Shown here: positions 24,730 through 38,854 of the stretch, one piece after another
Position numbering within the stretch: position 1 is the stretch's first letter
Layout: every line of letters starts with the position of its first letter
Source of the DNA: Octopus vulgaris
Taxonomy: Eukaryota
Length of the DNA stretch: 64,000 nt
Reading direction: 5' to 3'
Assembly (NCBI GenBank): GCA_951406725.2
Contig: OX597815.1
Location: 108,500,001-108,564,000 of the forward strand
Position numbers and translations under genes: made by a program
Notes under the pieces: generated by a model
What the model was told of the DNA's origin: nothing
Seen by the model: the letters and a program-made list of their open reading frames with translations, nothing else
Database searches by the model: none

Positions 24730-27700
24730 CAATCACTCAAATGGAATATATAGGTTCATATGTTCATAACAAAACATTTTACTTTTGTTTAATATAACCA
24801 AATCCCGTATGGTTTAGCATTGCTTTCTATCAATTCACTTGAATTGTTCATATCGAAACAAGAATAAATATATATAAAAAAAATAATTGTAGATGAAACA
24901 ATGAAACGAAATTAAAACAAAGTAAATAGCTAATTTTATCCTTTCCTTTTCTTTTTCTTTACCAATTTCTTTCCATTTGTATTTGATGTCTCCGTTGCAT
25001 CAGACACCAGTGTGACACATCCTAAGAAATAATCTCCACAATAATTTGATGTATTCAAAGATTAACTGTTAATAGCCTTATGACAACAAAATGTAACAAT
25101 GAGTTGAATACAGAACAAAATATGTTGTGACTTTTAAAATTTGTTTTTGTGTCTTTATGCTTTGAATTAGAAAGGAAAGTGCAATCAACTTCACTTTTCA
25201 TATTTCTGGGGTCATTGAAATAAGTAACATTTAAGTAACAGTTAAGGAACAGAGAATCTCAAGAGGGTGTTTATATCTGCTTGTAATCACAGAAGCACCT
25301 AATACCATTGGCATGGTACACAGTACCAAGTTATACTCATTTGCAAGTAACAGTTATGCTATGGGCAATGACTTTCCTATTAATTTTTTTTTTTTGGTAT
25401 GTTACAAAGAAATGCTATTAAGCAAATTTAGACCCTTAAGTTACTGAGGTTGTTTTATGAGATGCAAAACACTTTTACCTCTAATTGTATGTGGCTGAAT
25501 ATGATTTGCATATGTAAGTCACATTTGAATAGAATGGCTGTACTAGTAAAACAGTTTATGGTGATATAAGCTTCAGTAATATATTTTGCCTCAATGAAAA
25601 GGTCATCATACTAGATATCGATGAGAGAGCATTGAAATTAATGGTAGTCTGTGCATTTTGTGTAGGATTAGTGAGCTTCTTTTGTAGCATTGTGCCTTTC
25701 TATCAATGATTTATCCTTTATTGTGAGTCAAAGATTAAATGCAATCTTGATATATGCTGTAGTAAGAGTATAGTATTAAAACAGAATACTACTAACACAC
25801 AAGTAAAACCAAGAATGTGTCACATATGCAAACTGATCTACCTGCTTTCATTAAGTCCTTAGTAATAATGTATTTATAAGCAGTGACTACACAGACATTT
25901 AAAGAGATTGCTCAGTTACTGATGAAATCAAAGATTGGAACTTATCCACTTATCCCTCTCTTTTTCCACCTCCCAACATATCCTCTGTACATATAAAGTG
26001 TTTACATCTGTGAAAACATGGTGTTGGCTTAAAATTTATAGATATTTTCTGTAGTATTATACAGTACAGAAACAATGTCTTTGCTAAAGGTACAACATTG
26101 TTCCAATGAAGAAATATCAATTATCAATCATTCAGTTGTGGCTATCAATCCTTCAGCTTGAGTATGTAGGGTATAATACAAAAGCCTCTTAAATTTGTCC
26201 ATTTATTTCCAACTAATTGAGAGACTCAAAAGAATTGTTCACATTGAACCTTTATGGATTGGGTCCAATGAGAGTAGGAAATAGAAATTTTAGTTGGATA
26301 GAATATTTGTTGTGTCAGTTAGCAAGGTGTTAATCAGCTTATGATATATTTTGACCACAAAACAAGGATAAGGCAACTTAGGTTGATGGGTTATAAAGGA
26401 AGTTTATTGTTAAAAGGTTGATGTGAAAATAGTTTAGAAGAACAAGTGGTAGTAGTGTTTTGTGTTTTGTGGGAAATAGTTTAAAATAGAAAGAGCAAGT
26501 GGAGATGGATAGTCTTTGCTGTAGATACTTCTTGGCTGGTGTATTTTAATAAATAGATGACTATAGTGGATACTGTAATGAAATTAGTTTCATGAACAAT
26601 TGCAACATGATGTACAAAAAATAACTCAATGACAACATCAGAAGCTGAAACAGCTGCCTTGGTAGTTGTAGATACAAAAAGAAAAATAACAGAAATAACT
26701 TCTATTCCAGAAGACACAACTACATTAGTACCATATACATATACATAAATAGTTTCTAATACAGGCAAGACAAAGTTAGCCATTTTGGAATAGCAACATA
26801 GTTGTCTAAATCCAAGCCAGAAATAGATAAGTGTTGTACTTTATCTATCCCAGAAGGATAAATAGTAAAGTTGATCCTGGCAGAATTTGATATCAGAGTC
26901 TAAAGGGATGGTTGTTATTAAATACTGCAAGCTATTGTTTTACTGGTTCTAAAATCCACTGCATTTAAAAGTAACCATATGGTTCTTCATCCTGCAAGGA
27001 ATAGGAAACAAATCTTCCCCAAATTACACTCCATCGGCTAAAAAGTAAAAAAATGGACATATTGTATAATATTTTTCCTTATGTATTATGTTTGAGGATA
27101 AAATCAAGAATGTCTGTGATCATGAATCTTCACAGTCAGTACAAGAGATACCACATTATGTTTGTTAAAGTTGAATGGAATTAGATTTAATTTAGATGCT
27201 TACAAAAGTGAAGAAGAGGATGGTTTATATAGACCTTGTACAAAAGCTGATGGCAAAGCAGGACAATTATGTAGGTTTGCTTTTCAAAAAGTCAAGCAAA
27301 ATAAAATAATTTCCTCATATACTGAAGATGAAATCTCCTCCTGATGGCTTCAGCAGATTGGATAAAGTAGAGATTTCAGCTACAGTATTGTAAAGGTAGA
27401 TTCATTACATAGAAGGTGAGAAACTAAAGAAATGGTGAAGGAAAGAAAATGTGTTCTAGAGTATGAACGATGCTCTTGAGAATAATGTAAAACATGAGAT
27501 AGGGTTGGGGTTTCAACTATGTGAAAATGGTGGTGAATTTGAGTTTGGGGAAGAGTAGAAAAATAAGGAAAACAGAGTAATAGAGTGCATCATGCAACAA
27601 CACAGTTGACAAACTGTAGCAGTCCAAGCTTAATAGATTTTTCCTTGGATAAACAACAGTTGTCATAGAGACAGGAAACTTGCTTACATAATTTTGCCAG

Positions 27701-28189
27701 TCTTCCTCAAAACTTCTTGTCCAAGTTTACCTATATGTGTAAATATACATGGTCAACTTTGACCAACAGTTAGCCCCCATGTGTTTAGTTTAGTTAGGGT
27801 CTGTCATGTTCTGAGTTCAATACTTTCTGAAGTAAACTTTGTGTTTCTTCCTTCAAGGGTTGATAAAATATAGTACTAATTTAAAATAGTGGTTTGATGG
27901 AATAGTTAAAGCATTGGCAAAAATGTCATATGGTAATTAGTCCAGGTTTTTACATTTTGTGTTGATCTATGAAGTATCAGATCCTTGCTTTTACTTTGGA
28001 AATTGTCAGTATATGGAGAGCGAAGATTTGCTATAGGGATAGCTGATTGTCTTTCATAATAAGGAAAAGGATGAAAATATGAATTTGCCCAAGTCTCCTT
28101 CTTAAAAAAAATTTCAAGATATAAACTCTGCCTTAGAATGAATATCATATGTATGTTTATAAGGGTGGGTATGTACGAGTATTTTTTTC

Positions 28190-28952
28190 TATCCTAGACC
28201 CAGGAAGACGTGGGATGGGGTAGACCCAGGAAGATATGGCATGAAGTAGTGAGAAAAGATCTACAAATGTTGGGACTTACAGAGAAGACATGTCAAGCTA
28301 AGTAAAAGTGGGATCTTCTCCATTTGGCTACCAATTTCAATTTCTGTTTGAACTGGATTTCATATTCATGTTATTTACGCATTTTCTGCATGTAGAATTC
28401 AAATATTAACAACACGTGCTATTTTCGGCATCTTGACAAAATGCACAAAATGACAGCTTCCAAATCCTGTTTCTTGATTGGGTGAAAGTGATCAATATTT
28501 AAACCTCTATAACTTAAAAAAAAAGTTTTGGAAAAAGTGAAATAACTCCAGCAATTCAGCTCAGAAAACTACATTAATGTACCAAATTTTAAAATTTTCG
28601 ATAAACTGTAAGTTTTGAAGCCTTGGCAGCCAAATGGAAAAGATCCAGTTGTTCTTCTATACAGGCTTGTCTCCTGCATCCCTCTCCAGCTGAGCATCTC
28701 TAATCTTGTGGGCTCATGCTGCTGCCATGTAAAAAGCACCCATACTGGTGCCATGTAAATGCACCAGTGCTGGTGCTGCATGAAAGCACTCAGTACAGTC
28801 TGTAAAGTGGTTAGCATTAGAAAGGCATCCAGCCATAAAAATCATGCCAAAACAATCATGGAGTCTGGGCAGCTCTTCAGCTGGCCTGCTCCGGTTAAAC
28901 TGTCCAACCCATACCAGCAAGGAAAAACGAGTATTAAATGATGATGATGATG
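28190..28952 (+). mobile_element. RTE LINE 3' end remnant, interrupted by a MITE
   Basis: GRPRKIW-type coding remnant at ~28190-28285; 3' UTR aaaagcacc...aaggcatccagcc...tccaacccat...gatgatgat at 28720-28952. Confidence 0.65.
28310..28646. mobile_element. MITE with 24-bp TIRs (possibly PIF/Harbinger)
   Basis: ggatcttctccatttggctaccaa / ttggcagccaaatggaaaagatcc; possible 3-bp TSD agt. Confidence 0.7.
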
Positions 28953-28989
28953 ATATATATATATTTTTATATATATATAAATATGTGTA

Positions 28990-29050
<61 letters not shown>

Positions 29051-29171
29051 GTCTTATCTATCTATCTATCTATCTAGTCTATCTATGTGTGTGTGTGTGT
29101 ATGTGCACATGCATGCATGCATGCACAATAGGCTTCCTGTAGTTTCTATTGGTCAAAGACATTGACAATGT

Positions 29172-29301
29172 GTTCCCAACCACATGGTTCTCGGTTCACT
29201 CCCACTGCTTGGCACCTTGGGCAAATGTCTTCTACTATACCCTTGGGCTGACCAAAGCTTTGTGAGTTGATTTGGTAGATGGAAACTGAAAGAAGCCCAT
29301 C

Positions 29302-29366
<65 letters not shown>

Positions 29367-29578
29367 CATATTTGTTATTTGTGTCTGTTTGTTCCTCCAC
29401 CATCACTTGACCACTGATGTTGGTGTGTTTATGTCCCCGTCACTTAGCAGTTTGCCAAAAAGAGCCCAGTAGAATAAATACTAGGCTTTCAAAGAATAAG
29501 TCCTGGGCTCACATTGTTCGACTAAAAGTGGTGCTCCAGAATGGCCTCACACAAATGACTGAAACAACCAAAAGAATA
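29172..29578 (+). mobile_element. SINE family A with internal (TA)n(TATG)n
   Basis: Head, body and tail as in the other copies. Confidence 0.88.
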
Positions 29579-29614
29579 TTGGTTGCAAAGTAAAATACTG
29601 AAACACAGAGCCAG

Positions 29615-29735
29615 TAATTTCAGAGGCAGGGGATAAGTCAGTTATATCAACCCCAGTACACAATTGGTACTTATTTTACTACCCCTGAAAGAATGAGAGG
29701 CAAAAACAACTCTGGTGGAATTTGAACTCAGAATA
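29615..29735 (-). mobile_element. SINE family B fragment
   Basis: ccccagtac...ggtacttatttt...gaaagaatgagaggcaaa...ggaatttgaactcagaa. Confidence 0.65.
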
Positions 29736-30124
29736 AGGAGTTGCTATGCATTTTGATTTCAATGCATAATATTATGAATCTGATTATTATCCAAGTGAAT
29801 TTCGAATTCAATATCTAATTTCTATTTTTATGTGCTTAAAATTACACATTTGTAGGCATGTGTGCGTTTTTATCTACCTAAGTTATCTGACAAGCATCTA
29901 TAGTATACAGTATGCACAACTGAATAAGTGTGCATATTTTTATCAATGTGTATATACGTATATGTGTAGGTATGTATTTTTGTGTCTCTGTTGTGTGTGT
30001 ATCAAAAATTAGGAGAACATTTCTTTATGCAAACCACAACCATACAAACACACACACACACTCACACACACACTCACACACACACACAAAACACTGACAC
30101 TCTGCTCTTGAAAATAGATGGTGC

Positions 30125-30240
30125 TTTATATACATATATGTATATATGCATGCATATACACATTGTGTACGTATATATGTATATTATACACATATATTTC
30201 TTTATTTATCTATCTCTCTATATATATACGTGTGTGTGTG

Positions 30241-30307
<67 letters not shown>

Positions 30308-30329
30308 GTATATATGTATATATATATAT

Positions 30330-30389
<60 letters not shown>

Positions 30390-30413
30390 GTATATATATA
30401 TACAAATATACAT

Positions 30414-30448
<35 letters not shown>
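30125..30448. repeat. Long (TA)n microsatellite
   Basis: Direct reading of the sequence. Confidence 0.95.
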
Positions 30449-30449
<1 letters not shown>

Positions 30450-30806
30450 CCATTGAATGCAGCAACCACTGTAATTTGGTCTTGCAGCAAAGAAGAGCAA
30501 TTAACATTCATAGTGATTTGTAGTGGTGTTTGTGTAGAATTATGGAAGCTGTTTCAGGAATTGTTTCTAGTAATGAGATGCAATTAAGAGATAGTTATAG
30601 AGCATCTTTGCCTATCTATGCATAATTGATGTGCATAGTTAGCATAATGTTCATTCAATTCATTGTGTACATTTATAGCTGTCTGTGTAATTTTATTGCT
30701 TGTATTTCCATATTGTTTATTAAGATATTGGTTGGGTGAGACAGTTTACACCTTTCACTTGCAAAATAGTTTTCCCATGCTGGTATATACATATACACAT
30801 ATGAAT

Positions 30807-30915
30807 ACATGTATGCACGCACACACATGTATGCACGCACACACATGTATGCACACACACACATGTATGCACGCACACACATGTATGCACGCACACACAT
30901 GTATGCACACACACA
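30807..30915. repeat. 18-bp minisatellite (acatgtatgcacgcacac) x6
   Basis: Direct tandem units. Confidence 0.9.
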
Positions 30916-31089
30916 CATATATGCTTTCACACACACACGTATGTACACACATGCACATACACATGCACATAAAAAAAGTGTTTTTATCCTATGAGGTCTG
31001 ACAACAGTCCAAGGATGGTCCCAAGGGGAATTATTGAAGATTTATTGCAATGAATGTGTTGCTAGCAAATGCAAAAACCGATTGTTTAT

Positions 31090-31490
31090 TTAGCAAAGAC
31101 TTAGGAGTGTTATTTGGGATAAATTAAGGTGGAATACTTATAACAAAAAGAGGAAAGACTGTCTCAGATGATGAAATGATATTACCTTGCAGTAGTGTAA
31201 CAAATAATTTTGATGGGAATGAATACATTTACTTAAGTATGCTACAAGTCGACAACATCAAAAAGATTGAAATGAAAGAACTATTTGGAAAACTATACAA
31301 GAGAAGACTAAAAATTGTATTGAAGACAAAATTAAGTGGGAAAATATGATATTACCAATAAACATATGAGTTGTATCATTAATGAAATTTAGAGCAGGGA
31401 GATTCCAATAAAATAGGGAAGAGCTCTAGAAGTAAAATGATAAAAAGAGGAAATTGACAGCAACTAATGGGGAATTACATCTTAATTTAA
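31090..31490 (+). mobile_element. R4/Dong-like (RLE) non-LTR RT remnant
   Basis: YIYLSMLQVDNIKKIEMKELFGKLYKRRLKIVLKTKLSG resembles the YKYLG...EMKE...EY.RR.R.ILKSKLNG thumb region. Confidence 0.65.
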
Positions 31491-31499
31491 CATTTAGGT

Positions 31500-31800
31500 G
31501 TAAACATTTGTATTTACTTATTGCTATAGGTATTTGTTTAATAACATTGGTAGGTGTTTGGCATCTGAATGTATATATATAGATTGGTTGTTGGGTTTAT
31601 ATAAGGTTTGTAAAAACCTAAGGTCAGCCTCATTGTTTTTTTTCCAGTAAGTTTACAGATATTAAGTTGGTTTCTATGGTTATTTTATGGTTAGATCTTT
31701 TAAAGCAGACATTGTGATTTTTGTCAAGATATGTTGGGTATGTGTCCACACTGGCTCTTGGTAATAGAAACAAAGCGAGAATTACTGTAGTTGTTAAAAT
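31500..31800 (-). mobile_element. PLE RT remnant
   Basis: Minus-strand YKPNNQ.YIHSDAKH (frameshifted) resembles the PLE RT thumb motif YRKP....YIH..SNHP. Confidence 0.4.
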
Positions 31801-32245
31801 ATTAAGTCATGTCTCTTGGATAACTGAATCCCTCCAATGCAAATGAAAAACAGAACTATACTTTACATTGTCTTGACATAAAACTTATTTAAAAGTAAAT
31901 TATATCAGCTTATAACTGTTTTAAACAGTCACAAAGAAATTGCTAGAGCCCTCTCAGAGCAATTTTGATAAAATAGCAATAGGAGTGAGTCTATCAACAG
32001 CACATGACCTATATTGATCATATTAGCCCAATATTATAATAATTCAGTACAACTTTTACAGAGAAATATTATATCATAAGACATCCCAAATCAATAATGA
32101 ATAAAAAGACAGCTAATGCTTTTTATTCCCTTTTCTGATTTACAGTTTGATAGACATTCTGTCATTTTCTCATATAATTTCTTTGGACAACAGGTAGTAC
32201 ATCAGTGACATCACATCATGTAACATGCCACCATCTAAAAGACAG

Positions 32246-32404
<159 letters not shown>

Positions 32405-32760
32405 ATAATAAATATTAGGGAATAAATCCAAATTTACAGGGAAAAAATCAGATTTAGGATTAAATCCAATTTTATAGTAAAATATTATATAATATCAATT
32501 CGAGACAAAACCACTATTTTGCAAAACAAACAAGGAAAGACTTAATCAATACATAAAAATTTTTAATATAAAGAAATAAACCGCCACTACAATCGTTTCA
32601 TGTCTTCAATGACATTCGTCAGATCGAAAATCCACCTGACGAATGTCATTGAAGACATGAAACGCATTGTAGTGGCGGTTTATTTCTTTATATTAAAAAT
32701 TTTTATGTATTGATTAAGTCTTTCCTTGTTTGTTTTGCAAAATAGTGGTTTTGTCTCGAA

Positions 32761-32773
<13 letters not shown>
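32405..32773. mobile_element. Young PLE-type palindromic insertion in (TA)n
   Basis: Near-perfect inverted arms 32486-32622 and 32636-32773 with a 13-nt spacer; (TA)n on both flanks. Confidence 0.85.
32632..32675 (+). ncRNA. Intact minimal type I hammerhead ribozyme
   Basis: ccac-CTGACGA-atgtc-attgaa-gacat-GAAA-c-gcatt-GTA-gtgg. All core nucleotides and stems I and II are perfect; predicted cleavage after A32671. Confidence 0.85.
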
Positions 32774-32812
<39 letters not shown>

Positions 32813-33728
32813 GTTCCTTACTGGATAATCACCTACTTTTACCAATACTTTTACACAGAATCTAGATACTGGGCAAAATTGTAACAAATCTAAACAACTC
32901 CGCTGCCAAACTTCTAGTGATATAACATCATAGCATCACCCTTCATCCATGTTCTCAAAATTTTTAGAAGGACTCAGCCTTGGAATCACATAATTTTCTT
33001 TCCAAATCTCCACATAAATCCAGAGTTCAACTCTCAAGTACACTTCAGGCAACTGGTTACAAATATTTTATTTGGGACTATTTTTAACGAATTTCATAGG
33101 ACTCCAGACATTCACATGTTCTGTACATTTATTAACACATAAAAAAAATTAATTTGAGCTCAAGTTCTATATAAAAAGATATGTCATTCTTCAAGTTATG
33201 CACAAAGTAAAAAATATAATTACTACTACTACTGAAGCAATTTAAGAGATCATAAGAGACATAGAGCTTTGCACCAAAAGGGAAAATGCTTCAAGAAAAT
33301 TTTTGTATTTCAACATCACACCATCAGGTGACAAAGAGCTGACAGAACTTGCACCATAAATACAACAGATTGCTCCATCATCACCTGGAAAATATCACCA
33401 CACTTTCAAATCACATTTGGAATTTGAGAAACAAAAGAGAGACAAACAATCTAATATAAGCCTATTTGTTTAAGAACAGATCAAAGTGCTGCAGCTTCTG
33501 CCTCTCAAAAAAATGTTACATCTTCCATCACCTTAGAATAGTTTAAAATAAAAAATGGAAGCTAATTTTTAGTTGAAGGCATATTTTTAAATTCCTCCCT
33601 GAAAAATCGGGCAGATGACAACTGATGATGTAAAGTTCCAAGAATTATTCTTTACAAACCAACTAGGGACTAAGCAAATGTAATTGTAGTTCTGAGTATA
33701 TAATTCTTGTGTATCTCACATGAATTTA

Positions 33729-33762
<34 letters not shown>

Positions 33763-33984
33763 GGATACACAGCTATTATGAACAATTGGGTATACATTGA
33801 TGCAAACAAGCAGGAAAAAAATAACTTCTCAAAAGTAGATGCAAAGTGGTATAAAATTTGATTGAGAGTGGAACTTCATGTTGTATGAATCTGAGTCTTA
33901 CTTTTTGGCATGTCTATATATACAGTACACACACACATATGAATACGTATATATATACATATATATATATATACACACACACAC

Positions 33985-34019
<35 letters not shown>

Positions 34020-34097
34020 AACACATATATATACATATGTATATATATACATATATATATATATACATACATATACATATATATATATTAATATATT

Positions 34098-34470
34098 GGA
34101 GTGGCTGTGTGGTAAGTAGCTTGCTTACCAACCATATGGCACTTTGGGCAAGTATCCTCTACTATAGCCTTGGGCTGACCAAAGCCTTGTGAGTGGATTT
34201 GGTAGACGGAAACTGAAAGAAGCCCATCATATATATATGTGTGTGTGTGTGTGTGTACTTGTGTGTGCGCATGTATGTTTGTCTCCCCAACATCGCTTGA
34301 CAACTGATGCTGGTGTGTTTACGTCCCCGTAACCTAGCAGTTCGGCAAAAGGAACTGATAGAATAAGTACTAGGCTTACAAAGAATAAGCTCTGGGATCG
34401 ATTTGTTCGACTAAAGGTGGTGCTCCAGCATGGCCGCAGTCAAATGACTGAAACAAGTAAAGAAAAAAAG
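34098..34470 (+). mobile_element. SINE family A
   Basis: ggagtggctgtgtggtaagtagcttgc...gagtggatttggtagacggaaactg...gactgaaacaagtaaa. Confidence 0.9.
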
Positions 34471-34694
34471 AATATATATATATATATATATATATATATC
34501 AATTATAAAAAATATAAATCAGAAAGAAGAAACATGCACTAAGATGTAGAGCAGTACATATCAAAAATAGGGAAATCCAGTTTATGGGATTCAGAGGTTT
34601 TGGGATCTGGCAATACACCATAAAGCTAAACCATTTATGAACGGGAAACCTAAGTTAATCTCATAAACAGGTCTTCCCCATTTTTAATATATAG

Positions 34695-35020
34695 TAAAAT
34701 CAAATCAAATCACAATCAAATGGAAATTGTAGTGTGGCCGATGCCAGCCCTCCCCAGCCCCCACCTGCCCTGACTGGCTCCTGTGCTGGTAACATGTAAA
34801 AAGCACCATCTGAATATGGCTGGTGCCAATGCTGCCTGATTGGCTCACGTGCTGGTGGCATGTAAAAAGCACCCACTACACTCTTGGAATGGTTGGCATG
34901 AGGAAAGTCATCCAGCTGTAGAAACATTGCCTGGTGCAGCCTCCTGGCTTGCTAGTCCCCAGTCAAACCATCCAACCCATGCCAGCATGGAAAACGGATG
35001 TTAAACGATGATGATGATGG
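34695..35020 (+). mobile_element. RTE LINE 3' UTR fragment
   Basis: aaatggaaattgtag...gtaaaaagcacccactacactc...ccaacccatgccagcatggaaaacggatgttaaacgatgatg. Confidence 0.8.
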
Positions 35021-35056
35021 TATATATATACGGATATATATATATATATATATATA

Positions 35057-35375
35057 TCACCGTAATCACCGTAATCACCGTGACCGACCAGGCTATCAGA
35101 TGTTGCTACACATCGCTGGTCACAATGCGCGTTGCATTCTTTTAGCCTTCAAATGATGCCACCCTGCTGGCTAAGTGAGCAGGCCAACAGAAGAAAGAGT
35201 GAGAGAAAGTTGTGGCGAAAGAGTAGAGCAGGGTTTGCCACTACTGCCCTGCCGGATCCTCGTGGAGCTTTAGGTGTTTTCGCTCAATAAACACTCACAA
35301 CGCTAGTCTGGAAATCGAAACCACGATCCTACGACCGCCAGTCCGCTGCCCTAACCACTGGGCCATTGCACCTCC
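35057..35375 (-). mobile_element. tRNA-derived SINE family C (octopus OR-like), full length
   Basis: Minus strand ggaggtgcaatggcccagtggttagggcagcggac...ggtttcgatttcc; 3' tail (cggtgatta)n; inserted in (TA)n. Confidence 0.85.
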
Positions 35376-35407
35376 ACATATATATATATATATATATATA
35401 CATATAC

Positions 35408-35478
<71 letters not shown>

Positions 35479-36799
35479 CAGACAGTCAATATGGTAGAAA
35501 AATATACAAACAGACAGACTGATATAAGGCAGATAGAAAGATAAATAGATAGAGACGGATGGATAGATGAATGGATAGACAGAGAGACAGACACCTAGAC
35601 AGACATACAGATAAATGAATAAAATATAATAGATGCACAGACATACTGAGAAACAGACATGTATAGTTTCCAGCAATACAGATGGCATATCAGTTAGTCA
35701 CTGTGGGACAATGGATTCTTAAATATTTGATAATATAGCAGCAGTACATTTATATCATGGCAGTATTTGTTTTCTATTTGTTCCTTTTGACTGACCACCA
35801 TAGTGGAGCTTAAAGACGATTGTTAGTTTAGCATTTCACATATGCAGTTCTAATATTATTCCTCAAAGCCTTTCCTCTGAATTTTTTGTCCTCTTGTATG
35901 AAGCTGTTGATTGAATGTAACTGGTTTGTGATAGACTGGAATGTAAATTTTGGTTGTTTCCATTGTATGTATTGCTTTCTAAGTATTTATATGTTTTATT
36001 TTATTTTATTTTATTTTTTGGCGTGTTTAATGTGTTAATGGTAATTCAGGAGAGATTCTAACATTACTCATCAGTTTTCTTTAGGGTACAAAGAGAAAGT
36101 AAAAAAAAATGTCTCTCAATGATGCTTTTAGCGTTTGATTCTATGAAATGATTTTGGGGGTCTGGGAATCAAATTCTATATGTGCAATGGTTTCTTTTAT
36201 AGCTGTTCTGGATAGTACACTCACATAGCAACAAGCCTACCAGCCACCCACCCAATCAACCAACAAACCAACCAGCCAACCAACCAACCAACCAACCAGC
36301 CAGCCAACCAACCAGCCAACCAACCAATCAACCAGCCTGCTACACACTAATGTAATTTTTTATTGTGTTAGCATATATAATTTGGCATTATGAAGGACAT
36401 CCAGCTGCAGAAACCATACCAAAGCATAAAGTAGAGTTTGGCACAATTTTCTGACTTGCTACTTCTTGCCAATCATCCAAATTCATGCCAGCATGGGAAA
36501 ACAAGCATTAAAGGATGATGATGGTTGGTGGTGGTGGTGGTATTTGATGTAATGAGAATCAAAATTGTTATAAGAAATAATTATGTGGTGAAAAACCAAT
36601 ATTGTTACCTCAATAACAGATATTATTTTAATTGTTTGAGTTAGTGTGAGAGATAGCTCTGGACATGTTTTTGGTTTTATTAGCTCTCCTCAGTGAAGTA
36701 TAGATTTCACTGTACTTGGAGAATTAGAGATAAGAGAATAACTAAGGTGTACAATAATGTATATGAAGAGGTATGAAAATTTAGTATATTTATATTAAA

Positions 36800-37312
36800 C
36801 TAGCAGTATCGCCCGGCGTTGCTCGGGTTTGTAAGGGAAATAACTATATAAGCATTTTTAGAGAGTTACTTCCCTTATAGATGCCAATTCGGGCTTTCTT
36901 AGCCATTTCTGTTTTGGTGTCTTCAAGCCATGAAGTCATTGTTCTAAAAGAACGCTGGTCTCCTTGACAACGCTTTACGATGTTGATTTCCTTACACTCC
37001 CTTCCCCACAGCTTAACGAGGGAGGAAAGAAGGGGGAGAAGCAAACAGGTGCAGGTGTGACCATGGACGCCAACTCCGCCGCCATTGACACACGAAAAAT
37101 TATGCATTAAAATGGAATAAAAAATGATGTTAAATTATTTTTAAAATCGTAGACTCATCGTAGATGCGCGCTAATACTCAGACGGGCTCGATATGAATCA
37201 CGACTATAAGATACCCGAATTTGGTTAAACTGCACCGCAAAATGTGGGAGTAGTTAGGAATCTAAATCGAAGGGGACAGACACTCACACAACTACAGTTT
37301 TATACATATAGA
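36800..37312 (-). mobile_element. Young non-autonomous Helitron
   Basis: Minus strand 5' TCtatatgtataaaactgtag...; 3' hairpin cccgagcaacgccggg then CTAG; inserted at A|T; CpG-rich. Confidence 0.85.
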
Positions 37313-37739
37313 TGACTACTGTATATTACACAGAGAGACAGCTACACATAAAACAATAGCTAACTTGAGGGCTGATTTGTTCATTTAATTTCTTCAAGAC
37401 ATGTCTCAGCATGGCTGCTGTCCAGTAACTGAAATAAGATAAAAGATATGTAATAAAAGATAAAAGATATTTAATGATTTAAAGGAGTGAAAATCAAAAA
37501 AGCTAAGGAAAGACAATTATTCAGTGAAGAAAAAATGACATTCCTTTAGTACTGGAAGCTCCTAAATGGTTTTTAATTATACAAAGTAAGGGTTTCATCA
37601 TACTTCTCCTCTACCAAATTCCTCTCAAAAGTGCCATAGAATGAAATCAGAACCAGAATCATGAGGTTGTAAAGGAAGCATTTTAACTTCACAGAAATAC
37701 CTAGGTGTATCAGTATTTTGAATAATATTATTTTAATTG

Positions 37740-37886
37740 TTCTGTTGTGTCTGGGGAGAGTCATTTTCTTTTTGTGCCTTATAATGTAACACACTCACTG
37801 GTAAAATTTTCCACTTATTTCTTATTTTTATCTTTATTACATTATAAGGCACAAAAAGAAAATGACTCTCCCCAGACACAACAGAA
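37740..37886. repeat. Perfect 50-bp inverted repeat
   Basis: 37740-37789 is the reverse complement of 37837-37886; 47-nt spacer. Confidence 0.9.
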
Positions 37887-38854
37887 TATGCTTCAACACA
37901 CGAACTCATATAAAGAATCTTGCAAACCAAATCCAAAACCAAAATATTTTAATTATGTTTTACTTAATTGTTTTCAATAAATCTTTTGTTATTTTCTATA
38001 ATAAATATGCTTACACTTATATATTAATATTAAGCTGACTGAGAGTGAAATTATGATGTTAGATTTCTGTATACATGATGAAGGATTCAAACTTTGCATT
38101 GTTTTCTATATTTGATCCAATAGCATTCATATCTTCACAAGAATCTATGTTACAAGTGAAAAATGGATATAAAACTCTACCATACTTGTTCCTAGTTTCC
38201 TTATAAAAACTTCACTTAATGCAGAATTTAATTAAGATGTCAATAGATAATGATCTTCCACTACAGACATCTATGCACTCCTGAGTAGACTGTTTACCAG
38301 CCTGTCTACTTTTCTGTATCCATCTGGCTTTCTTTTTATCTTCTTTCTTTCCTCCTTCCTCCCCCTCTCTTTCTCTCTCTGTTTCCCTTTTGTCTACATC
38401 TTCATCTCTCACTCCTGTATAAACTGTTGCACTATCTTTCAATTACGTGAACACCAATCTTCTGCTATTCTGAGAAGTTATTGATTAAGGAATGCACTGA
38501 TGCTGTCTCAGAAGAAAGCCAGCTATGTATAAAACCATTCTTCTACGAAAAGGAATCCCAAAAACCATCAGATTTAAATGACCACTTCAAGAAAACATTT
38601 CACAATCTCTTGTTATGAATGGGAATTATGCATACCTGATGACAGTGCAAAGATCTTGACTAAGCACACTAAAGGGAACAGTTATGTGTGCCTTTCATCT
38701 AATTAAAACCAGTGAAATTTGTATAGTAGTCAGCAGCATCTATGATAATGCAATCTAAGACATCAGCTATTTGTTAGGAGATTGACCTATTCAGGAGATA
38801 AAAGGAGGAGGAGGAGGAGATAGAGCCACTACCACTGCTGCCACCACTTACTCA

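Noticed and set aside
25915-25950. ctgatga-aatc-aaa-gatt-ggaac hammerhead-like motif
   Set aside because: GAAA is mutated and stems I and III are missing; could be chance.
26481-26783. 100-aa ORF
   Set aside because: Low-complexity V/S/T-rich sequence with no recognisable motif.
35300-35375. Possible tRNA gene
   Set aside because: It is the tRNA-derived head of a SINE followed by a body and tail.
36657-36695. Minus-strand ctgagga...aaaac-at-gtc hammerhead-like motif
   Set aside because: Stems I and II pair poorly; kept only as a weak candidate.
36844-37107. Repeated 87-aa ORF (also 49628-49891) suggesting a small gene family
   Set aside because: Lies inside near-identical non-autonomous Helitron copies; no known domain.
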